From the NCBI GenBank assembly GCA_965637545.1, contig OZ281499.1:15252001-15316000 (forward strand): DNA of 64,000 nucleotides. The letters are read 5' to 3'. This document shows, in pieces, positions 25,901 to 37,900 of this stretch. Position 1 is the first letter of the stretch, and every line of letters begins with the position of its first letter. Below the pieces are notes generated by a model. It searched no databases. It saw only the letters and a program-made list of their open reading frames with translations, and was not told the origin of the DNA. The DNA is from Phallusia mammillata (lineage: Eukaryota). Made by a program: the position numbers and the translations under genes.

Positions 25901-28900
25901 GGTGCTTGTGATTCGACTTTCGGCGGATTCTCCACTGGGCCTGTGTAGCTCAGTTGGTAGAGCGCGAGTCCCGGAAAGACTCCTGTCGTGGGTTCGAATC
26001 CCACCGCAGGCTAGATTTTTCTAGCCTACGCCTTGCCATATGGTGGTGAATGCTTGGTGACCGGCTGATTCGGTATAGCGCCTTCAATGGGCCTGGCGTA
26101 CTGTGATTAATATGAAAGCAGCTACACTTTTAAAGATTGATTTCTACACCCTATTTTTTATGATAAAATACTTAAAGTCGAGAAAGATTGACTTATACAT
26201 GAATAACTGCAACCGTAAATTATAGAATATAAAGCAAATGATGTTAACATTAACAAAACCTACCACAAAGTCCGGCTGTTCCCTTCGGTCTTGCGGTTAG
26301 ATAGAGGTCAATCGTGCCTACGGCATTTGGATTCTGGCCGATATACGGATTTCGATAGAAGATAATCACACCCTCATTCCTGAGCCATAGGAGAAGGTAG
26401 GCGACGTATTTAACTGAGTCTCGGGTCACCCTGCCACTAAATACGTACACGCCGTAGTTGTTGTACCTCGGTATCTCATTTCCATTTAACAGAATCTAAT
26501 GAAAGGGAAAAAATGATGTCAAACTAAAACAATTTCCTCATAATAGCAGAAAAGCTTTGGCGGATTATTGCGAACATGGCAAAAAAGTGAATTTAAAATA
26601 ATGTTGAAAGATATCGCTGTATGTCTTAAGCCATCTGTGGACATCCTTTTACCAATCTTTTACCGACTCAACGGAGACCGGGAACGCTGAGCTATAACAA
26701 TTAACTTACAAAATATTGATTTTGTCTACATGCTTAAACTTTCGCATTATTTTGGTTTAACAGCGAGTTTCTTTAAAATGACCACAACAATATGTCCAAA
26801 GAAATATTTCCAAGTTGGTTTTAATTTAGTCTCTTACCTTCCCAGGTTGAATAAGGAATTCAAATTGGTTTGTCTTGTAATTGATAGTAAGCTTTTTGTA
26901 GCAAATCTGGTTGGCTGTAAAAAGTCCATCAGGATAAATTTCTCCACAGAAGCCCTGGTTCACAAGGATCTCAAAATTGTCGTTTTCCACATCCTACAAA
27001 GAACAAAAACCAGTAAACAGCAAATCTTTAGGGTCTACAATTTACAACTTGCAGGCAAACACACTAAATCAATTGAAAAACTTCTCTACAATTCTCTACA
27101 ATTGCGCATGTTGAAATTATGTCGGCAAACCATTGGTTGGATGGCAAAACCGTAGCAAGTATAAAAGTGTATGAAAGCCAAGAGTATGTTGATTGCCTTA
27201 GGCAAAAAAAGAGACTACGAACAAAGGTATCGTTTCTAATTTATTATTGACAAGACGGGTGACGACGAATTTACAACGTTACCTTTGAAAGAAGGAAAGT
27301 GCAGTTTCCAACAAGATTGAATCTTTGTCGACAGCGATATTGAAATGCAAAGTTTGAGCCGACTCCGCTGCATTTACCTGTTTTAAACAAATATCCATGA
27401 AAAGCGTACACATTTGGAGGCTTTTCTCATAATATACAATCAAATACTTACAAATACACTTGTACTCATCACAGCAACTATCGTTAGAAACCAACACCTT
27501 GTATTGTTCGTCTGTACACTGGACTTCGGGACATGTCTTGTTAGCTGTGGAATTATGTCATAAAACAATTAGAAAACAGCAAAACGGAAAAACGTTCACG
27601 AATTAAAAAATGCTTTTCGAGAACTAGTTGGTGATTTGATGACAAGAATAAAGGGAAATAATTACGCATTTCGATGCAATGCAACTAGTCACCCTTTTCA
27701 GCAGATTTTAAATTCAACTAAGCAATTTGCAAGACCAACAAAAAATGGTGCGCGTTTCAATAGCTTAAAACCTAATTACTACCGCATTGTTTTTTTAAGT
27801 TTTTACACGCTTTGGAAAAACAAAACGACGTTCCAGCGAAAGCACAATGTTTTGAAATATTTTTGTAGTGTTGCATGACCACAATTACAGTGATACAATT
27901 AAAGGTTTTACTAAACTTTTAATATTTCCTAATTTGCCATTTGGAAAAAAACCTACTGCATTGATACACGGAACCACAGCATGTATTGTTACGCACGAGT
28001 ACTCTCTCTTGACAATCTCCGCATATAACTTCATCTTCGCATTCGAACCTTTCTTCCCTCACAGTTTCCGGACACTCGTTCGCTTCACGTTGGACGACTT
28101 TAATTGTGTAGCATTCGGGATTCTCCGGGTCCTCATATTCATAACCGACCTGAATAACAAGTTTATCATGCAGCCCATCGCACATGTTCACTACATTTGA
28201 CCAAATTGGTAAGAAAGTGTTGTTTTAAACTTAAAATAACTCAAATAACTTACGGTTTGTAAGTTTCCATTGATGTTGATGTATTTGCAAACTGTAAAGA
28301 GAAAATTAGCCCTCATAAAATGACCTCAAAATTTCATGATTAGACCGTGTAGGTATCAACACCGGTCTATCTTACGAAAGTTCCAAACATATATAGACAC
28401 TACTGTTATCTTTTTACCAGGACAGTCTAATATATTTCGGTTAAGCCGAAAAATGCTGTTGAAAGACGGTGTATCCAATAGCTGAGAGTTGCTATTACAA
28501 AGAAAATACTTACCGCAAAAATACGCCTTGCAGCACTCGTTCACATATGATGTGTTTTCTGCTTTTTCATATTGGTCGTTTGGACAAGTTACGTCAGGTG
28601 GACAATCGTATGCACTGCCTTCTACGGATTCAAATACGCTTGTGGTTTCGTTGAGAACACAGCGATATTTCGAACAGCCGTCTGTCCACGTTGTATTGGC
28701 CTACGAAGAAAAGATATTGTGAAAATGAAACTTCCAACATAATGTGCGCATATGCAAATTTTAACATTTTGACTAAAGTTCAAGACAAGTGCATTTGGTG
28801 ATAAAAATCGCTTTCTACAACATTTTTGGTTGTATTACAAGGTAACAGTTTATGTGGTAATTACAACCTAAAGACTTACTTCAATATTAGGGATACTGCT

Positions 28901-31900
28901 ACTTTGGAAATATTCATAAAAAATAACTTTGTTCCATACATGAACTAAATGGCTTGTACAATCCTAAACAGGGTGACATTGACAATAACAAAACCTACAT
29001 ACCTCATAGACTTCTCCCTTGTACTCACAGCGAACACTTTCTGTAAAACATAATTTTCGTAGCTTAGCAAGTCGACGAAAATAATGATTTTAAAACATTT
29101 TCATGTATTTACACTCACAAATAGCTTGATAAAACATATACACTTACTACAGTCATACTCGTCACAGCAAGTCTCAATCCCGTCAGCCTTCTGCACCACA
29201 ATTAGTTCGCTGGACGGCGTACACATAGGAATAGGACAGTTTTTGTTGTCGCAAACTGAGTAAAGAAAAATAAACAAAATTACTCTGCAGGCAAACACCA
29301 GGAAAGCACCAATAGTTCACGCTTGAGTACGCTTAATCGACCACACAGAATTTAATTTTAATTACACGTTTATTACAAAATATAGTATACCTACTTCCAA
29401 TCTTTACTAAAGTAACTAATTCAACTTTTTATTCCGTTAATTGTTAATTAGAGGCAAAAGGTAGCCCATGACCTAAAGGATATTACACGAAACAACAAAA
29501 CAAAACACACCGCAATCAAATTCGCGACAACAAGGACGTTCAGAATCCCACGCCGTTCCCAATTTCGGATAGAAGTGATCTTTGTCACACTGGTAAGAGC
29601 ACATTGGCATGAAACACCTGGTTTCCACCGTCGATTTGTCATCTTTTTCAATACATTCGCTTGTGCAGCATTTATCTTCAAGCTCGTACGAAATTGTGCC
29701 CTGCAAACAGAAATTATGTGTGGAATTAGTAAACAAAACTAACCAGTTTAACGATACCCAACATAATGATTTAGGTTTTTGAGTCAAATTCTAGTTTTTA
29801 TGTCATTTGGTTTGTTTCTCATTGTTGCGAATGTCGTTTTTCACAAAACCAACGACCTAGTACCATGTCAGTCCGGAAATAGTTGTCAATCTTATACTTT
29901 TGATGTGTAGTGTAAACCAATTACTACGACTAGAAAAATGAAGATGTCAAAAACGCCTCGAAAATTGTGTACTTACAGTAAATGGTTTTCCTTCAGGATC
30001 AGCGCACGGTGGTTTTACTGAAAACAAATAGGTTTAAAATAGAAAGGTGCACATAAAATTGGTAGGCTGTAGTTAAATAGTCCTATGGCAAAATGGTTTA
30101 ATGCAGTGGTCAGCAACTGCCGTTCTGCGGCCCGGTGCCGGTCCGCAAAGAGTTCGTTATCGGGCCGTAGACTTTTCCTGGATTAATGCTTCAAAACATT
30201 TTGCCCATGTATTCCGGGGATGATAAACTAATTTAAACGTTTCAATTGCCAAATATTTGTAGTTTTTGAAGGCGGGTCCGCGTAAAATTTCAGTTTCAAA
30301 AACGGTCCGCAAAAAAGATTGCCGACCACGGGATTAATGTATTAGGGATGTCAAAGTTTTCACGATTGTTTGTGTCGGCAATAAAAATATGTTAACTTGC
30401 AAAAAACAAAGTAAAGTGACTTAAAAACTTACCACACTCATATGATGGACAACATAAGTCGGTTTCATTAGACATTCCAAGGTAAGACTTGGTTTCGTAC
30501 TCGCCACATTCAATATCGTGCCATTGAGGACAGATTTCCTTCAAGTCTTCTTTGCAAACTAGAAAACACCAACAAAAACTAGAGCAGTGTTACCCACCTT
30601 TATATGGTTGCAACACACTGACAAAGTACAGTTAATCGTGGCATCAAGTAATATTTTGTTTGGGGCATCTTTACCAGGAAAAACACACTACAAAAAGTCT
30701 TTCAATGAAGTTTGTAACTTATATTTACAGTCATAGTTCAAACTTTCGCAACGAAAGCAAAAACAGTTAGGCATTTCAAATACAAATAAGTTGGATACCT
30801 ACGCTAGCCTAAACTTGTGTTCACTTTCATTAAAAAAAATCGACGCATTTTTTCTATTGGCCTAAGGTTGAATCTTACCGCATGTGAGCACGGGACAGCA
30901 ACCGGATGAATCATGAAAGTAATTTTCGGTTTGAATGGTCTGATATTTAGAACATGACATTCTGTCACTCCATTGTGGACACGTTTTAGGCAATTGCGAT
31001 CTATCACAACGGCAGCCATATTCCGTGCAACATACGTTGGGGTCATCCGACGAAGAGATGTATGAGATCTTGTATTAAAATCACAGAACTTTTTTTAAAA
31101 AAGGGTTTAGAATAAAAGGTTAACCAATGTTTTATATAACAGTGTTTCCTAAGGTTGCGGTACTTTGTAGGCCAAAAACAAACAATAAATGTTTAAAGAA
31201 ATTTACTGGCGACTTTATAGCGTTGGGTGAGACTGCTTTTGGTACAAAAGAAAGTCCAAAACAGACTTCTGGCGTTGTCGTGCAGACCAGTATACAAGTT
31301 TTAAAACATGACATGGTAGTTGTACTCTTTAAATTCAGTTTTTAGCAGCATACTTGGAAATCTTTCATCGCAGAGTGGTTGAAATATACGTTGTTAACAG
31401 GTAAACATATAGTATATTTTTACTTCACAATATGGACCGGGTAACGCATTATAACGTGTTTTTCGTTGTTTGGATAATATGTGATGTACCAACAAAACTT
31501 ATTCTTTAAGCATGCAATAGCCTACTTGGGTAACAGAACATTCGTGTCGAAAGTTAATCAAAACACAACAAAAGTTGCACAAACAGAAGATAGCCCCTTA
31601 GGCATCGTTAAACACATATTTTCTTACCGGGTAGGCTACTTCGTATTGACCACATCCAGAGATCTGCGGACAGTGCTCCTTTGCATCGTAAAACACCTGA
31701 AGTGTTGGGCAAGCTGTGCCTTCGGACGCTGTGCATACCTTGGTTACACATTCGTCCTCCTTGTAGCGGCCATTTATCTGTTATGTAGATACACGTTTAA
31801 AGCAGGTTCATTTGAGTTCAGCTCGAGGCCTTTGTACTTACTTCAATCTCTGTCCCATCTGCTACACAGTACTCGCAACGACAGCCGACCTTTGGACAAC

Positions 31901-34900
31901 ACGAATCATCGTCGATAGAGTAACTGGTATAACCCAGCGGACATTCGTCTGGTTGAGGGCAAAGTTTGATAAGCTCGGAATCGTCTTTGCAAACTGCGAA
32001 AAAACGTTTTGTTAAGATTTAAATGTTTAATTTTACAAAGTATTACAAAGTTCTGGGAATATTTAGCTGTCGCAATTGCTTACATTTTGCGATAAAACAA
32101 CACTATTTTATTGGGTATGGAAGCGTAGCATACTGTTCTGATCATACAAACGTTTTATACAAAACGCCTTTCTTTTGCTATTGCAGTTTATGCTTATGCA
32201 AGTAGTGTAATATATTTTTGCCTATATAACATTACAATTGCGGCACCATACAAAAAGTCGGATAAACACCTACTATCAAATCAGAAAAAAACAAAAAATC
32301 AGCAGAGTGTCCTCGTTACTTCAGACAGTTTTAGCTGAGTTTGATGATAAAATCAATTGTACAATATGACAACAAACCAAATCAGTTTTAAGTAACAACT
32401 CATAAGGATATAAAATAAACCAACCGCATTCGTGTTGCGGGCAACAGCCGTTCGTATCTGGGTACGTTCCTGTATCTTTTTTACGCTCTAGCGATCCACA
32501 CGTAGGTGATTTAGGACATTCTACATCCAAGGTACTTGAAGGCTTGCAAACTGAAAAAAATATCGTAGATAAACAAATATACCTAATTATCAAGCTAGAA
32601 CAAACAATGTACATGTAAAAAGTTGTGTGTTTATTTACGTGCAAACGCTAGTCGGTGATGATGACTGCTATTGAGACGTTTGACAGTGATTCTGAAAAAT
32701 CCTCCCTGTCACAAAAATACAGTAGCATATTTACCGCATTCCAGTTCTTCACAGCAGGGGTCAGGGTCATCTTGAGGGTCACTGTAGGTCACAGGTCTCG
32801 ATGTTTTGTAATCTGGACAGTCTATTGATTGAATGCAATTGTTGTTCGTGCTTCGAATCTTGGGACATTCGCCCGAGAAATATGTGCATTCCAATTTTGA
32901 GCATTCCTCGTCATACCAAACCTCACCAATCTAAAAAATACGCAAAATATGAAACTAAGTCTCACTTTCCTTGTTTACTAATGGATGGAAAACATGCGAT
33001 AGAGCAAACCGCTAGTTCCTTTTTTACTGGTTCAGACGATAGAAAAACGATTAATTTACAGAAAAGCGTTACTTCATATCCCGTCTAGCACAAACAGGCA
33101 TCTGGCCATTGGTATAAGCATCACCCAAACCGAATTAAGCAATCCAACAAATAAATTTCGGGGGTATGTGCAGTCGCCAGACAATTACAGGTCACTTACG
33201 TCTCTGGTAACATTTTTGGAATCGACACAAGCTTTGGGGCAAGGTTTTGGAGTTGTTACCGTCGTCGTACTGGTTGCTAAAATGACAAGAATTTGTAATA
33301 AACGAAATCGTAATATACCAGTAAACTTGCTCTAAAGAAACTTGCTGATTAAAGATAACGACATAAACATGTGTTACATACAAAGATTTGACGGTAAAAT
33401 ATATTACAAATTTAAAAAGAATTTATTAGGCCTTCCAGCACTCTCATGGGGAAATAAGGTCCAAAATCACCTAATTATATGAGCAACTCATGTTTACTTT
33501 TGTTTTCAATTTGTTTTGCAAGACTCAGTGTATACAGAATATGATATCACGTAAAATAAGAACCAAACGTATTCTTACGCGTTGTAACGGTCGTGTAGAT
33601 TGTGGTTGCAGTTGTTGTTGTCACAGTTGTAGTTGTGGTCGGGCATGGACCACAGGAGTTCTCGTCAATACAAGTCTGGTTCTCCGGACTAAAAACGAAC
33701 AGATAAAGTTCGACAAACAACGTTCAATGACAGGGCTAAACTTAGCCGAACTAACATTTCCATGTAAACATATAAGGCTATAAACCATTTTACAACAACG
33801 CGGATTATTGACTTGATTTTCTGCAAGTTAGTTATTTGATTCTGTACACCAATAAACGATTTAAGGACAAAACTTATTGCGGCCATATTTTTGCCATATT
33901 TCACTTTTTGCATGTCGGTTTTTGTGTGAATGTCGTTGTTTAATTAGAAATTATAAAATTGCAGTTCATACTTATGCAAGTACTTTGAATTCGATAGTGT
34001 GATGTGTTTAGATACAATTTATCGTGTAACTTGGGTAAAAGAAATCTATTTGGAACTAACAATAAAATTTCAACCTGAATACTGCTCCCAGAGGGCACTT
34101 TGGATGACATCCCTCCAAACAAGGCAAACCACAGTTATGTTGGTTGTTTCTGTTGCAGCACGTATCGGGGCAAGACGTCCCACAAACATCGTAACGCCAT
34201 TCGCACTTGTCATCCTTATTCAATAGTTCGCACATAGTCGCTGCAAAAGGAAAAAATATTTTTTAACCGTTGAAATGATCAGAATACTTATTCCAATACA
34301 AATCTGCCTATGAGGTTAGCAACTCTTTTTCAAGTTGTCACTAAAGACGGATTCAGCTAATCATATAACCAAGTGTGTCAAGCTTTTGACAAAGTTTTCC
34401 GGACGATTTTCATACCAAATGACTACGGTTGGGATTTACAATTCCCGTGTAATTGAACGGGTTGTGCGATTAAACAAATTTGCCTGTATAAGAATATTGG
34501 CAAAACTTGTTCTTTTATGGAATGTGCTTTATATTTCTAAGAGTAGCCAAATTGCTTATTATGTACAAAGTATTTTTTTTCTTTTGGACTTATTTTTGAA
34601 AACTTACGACAGATATCAGCTGATCTCCATTCCACAAATATGCCCGCTTGACTACATACATGAGCATATGCAACGACAGCAGTACAGAAACATTCACAGT
34701 CCCCTCCTGCTTCACAACCACATGTGTCAGTCAAACAGTGTTCAAGGTACATCTCGTGGTTAATCTAAACAAAATTTTTGAAGTTTAAAATCTCCTAAAA
34801 AAAGTGGTTGAATCGCTGCATTATTCTAAATGAGTGACCCGATTATATTAAATAGTTTTTGTTTCTCTATTTGTTATTTTCAACGTCATTGAGTGACAAA

Positions 34901-37900
34901 TAGTAAAAGGCACAATTGCCTTTGGTGGGTCAAACGCGACATTGGTGGGGTCAGACGGCCTTATGCCAGATATTTTAAGGCGACATGGTTACGTTAACGT
35001 TATAACTAGTACACTTTAAATGATTAGTTTAAAAACAGGGTCATTTAGCACAAAATGGTTGGGAACTGCTGTTATAGAACATACTTTCAAAGTGCATTTT
35101 TCGTTGCAGCGAGCAACTTTTAAAACGACTTTTCGTTACTACTTAAGTGACTTGTTGAAAACCTGTCACATAAGAATGCTAAACAATGTTTTTTTCGATC
35201 TAAGAGACAGTGTTACGAAAAAACTACTTCACATGCTCTATATTACGTTGTTATGTTTGCAAATAAACTACCTTTTATATATTTATTCGCCAATTTGTTT
35301 GCGCTTTTGTTGATACTTGATTTTTTACTGACGAAGTGGAAACGTTCGGACAAAGAATATTTGTACATAGGACATAGGAATAGTTAGTTAAGACTTTCTA
35401 CCCAGTACAATAGGTAACAAAACAATTTGTTCTAGTGAAATCCTATGCCTTTAAATCTATAGTGCTGATTCATGATGGACTAGGTGTGGGTAGAAATTTG
35501 TAAATGATTTGATAATACTGTTTAATAGACCTTTACAAACAATATATTTACCGGGGCTAAAGTTGCAAAAGTATCGTCAAAGTTTTGCATCTCTAAATAT
35601 GCTTGTTGCAAATGTTACCTCGTCTCTACACTTTTTGAAAGCATCGTCTAGTAGAATATTGCACTGTCTGATCGCCCAGGACTTTCTGGCTGGATACACG
35701 TCGCACATGTCCGAGGTCTTCGCAAATTCACTGTATGGACACGATTCTTTCAGTCGCCAGTTATTTCCGAACACGTTGCTATTAGCTACGACTTCCTGAC
35801 TTCTCATCAAAAAGTCATTGTTTTCGTCTCCATCGAAGTTCCCACACAGACCGCATACTTTGTTCTGAATGCAATAGATAATGTTAGTAGGCGTTCAAGT
35901 ATAGGCCTAGACATGTTTTATTCTGTAATGTAGAGGTCGTCAACTGGGTGTGAATTCAAAAAAATTTTGAGCTAATATAGGCATTTTGTAGAAAAAGGCA
36001 TTTTGTTTAAGAAGCTTTCTTAACCTTTTTGTGAAAAGGGCTAAAAAAAGATAAACGTTGAACCATTCCTGTAATCTATTTCACTGATTTTTGGATGTAA
36101 AAGTAGCGTTAATTGAAAAGAATGCGAAAATGATTCAACGTAAACAAGAAGCCCAACGTAGTGGCGATTGTGAATTCAAATTTCTTCATACAGTTGTTTT
36201 ACTGACATAACTGGTGCCGCAAATGTTGAAAACTTGTATACTAAAATACTGTATAACAAATATTCTTCATATGCACACAAAGATTGATGTACTAATCTTG
36301 AAATCTAATACAGTCGTTACTTACATTGTGCGCGGAATTGAGTTCAATATAAATCCGAGTTTTTTGGTCCCAAAACACAGTGACACCAATCACTGTATCA
36401 ATGACAACAAAGGATCCGTGGTTGGAAATCGTGTAGACAACGTCAACACCGTTGGACTCGGCAAGAGAAGTTTCCTCAGGAGTATATCCTTGTTCCAGAA
36501 GGATTTGATTCGACTAAAAATACATATGATAACACCTAAAATACAGAAGCCTACAATGTATGTCTGAAGACTTGCTAATATATGCAGTCCATCGGTAGAG
36601 AAAATAGTTTAGATTTGATCACATACTGATTTAAGGTTTATCACGAGCAATTGTTAAACGCAGACTACAACAACCGTGTCATTACGATAAATGTTCATTT
36701 CGGTTTTGGAATAAATAAAATACATTTTGCCAATGTTGGAGGCCTATTAGGCTATTGGTTCTTTACCAAAGAAATTAATTTTGTACACATCGTATTTTAC
36801 TTTTTTATCGTACCAACTGAACTTAATAACCCCAAATTTATGATTCGTAATTCTACAAACCCTATTGGTATACGTTTTATTAATACTTACTCCCAACTGA
36901 ACAGTTGTGGTTCTTGAACAAACATAGCCAAGTGTCTCACATGGGTTTGTTTTAGCAAAGATCTTGAAAGAACTGGAATTTGTGCCACATTCATCCTGCA
37001 AAATAAATACGTTAAACAAATGAATTATTGGTTATAGAGATACACAAAGAAACGTTCTGGACTAACAAATGACAAACCAGATTTACAACCAACAAACAAA
37101 AATAACCTTCATTTTAACATCTGTATAAAACAGGTTTTTTCATGTACAAGGTGTACAGATGTATTTACCGTAGTCAAGACGTACTCGCAATCTCCAGCAA
37201 AATCAAACCATTTATGATCAAAGGTTTTGTAGTGAGATTCCCCGGTAACGCTACACCAGCCTCCGCATATTTTGCTTGTACATTTCCATCTTCCCGAATT
37301 GCAAGAACTATAGAGACAAGAAAAGGTAAAGTCACATCGGAAATTTATCAACAACATAATGGAAACAAATATGACATATAATATTCAGTGCCACCTTACC
37401 ATTGATTGCAATCAACGTCTATGGATGAACCGTGGTCGTATTGCTTGTTGTTGTGGTAACAAGGACATTCCGTGGGATCGATACATTTTTCATCATGCCA
37501 CACAAGCCCGGATGGACAACTGCATCCTGGTTTCAATACATATTTGTATTTAAAGTTTGTGTCAAAATAAACACTAACAATAAAGGCTAGGAGCCATTAA
37601 TTAATAAGATAAAACACTATAACAACGCAAAACGACGCCGTGCTGATAAATGCATGAAAAACGTATGCAAACTTGCATTTAAAATTTGTAGCAATTCGAC
37701 AACTTAACAGATGTATCAGCATTATAATAAAGAAATGCTAAAACAATTTTACAAAAGGGAATCACAAAAAGTTGTTAATTTATTTTAAAGTATACAATTT
37801 TTCAGCCAAGGAAATACAGTTTTGTCTGTAGATTGCTCCTCATTTTGACAAAAAATATGTTGCAAAAAAAACAAGAACAAGTTTTCAAGAACAAGAACTA

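Larger units (their letters stand above)
20532..30017 (-). repeat. Intragenic module I (linker exons + D4-like vWD/C8/TIL + giant Cys-rich exon 20532-22754)
   Basis: vWD exons 27283-27377 (95 bp), 26264-26495 (232 bp) and 25099-25314 (216 bp) have the same lengths and phases as in modules II and III. The giant exon is 2223 bp. Confidence 0.9.

Noticed and set aside
25939-26012. Possible genuine tRNA-Ser(GGA)
   Set aside because: C at position 33, an extra base before the anticodon stem, no long variable arm, and embedding in a repeated element all argue against a functional tRNA-Ser.
5612-30017. Alternative reading of the three modules as three separate tandem paralogous genes
   Set aside because: No signal peptides, terminal exons or cystine knots lie between modules, and splice phases run continuously from the single N-terminus to the single CK.
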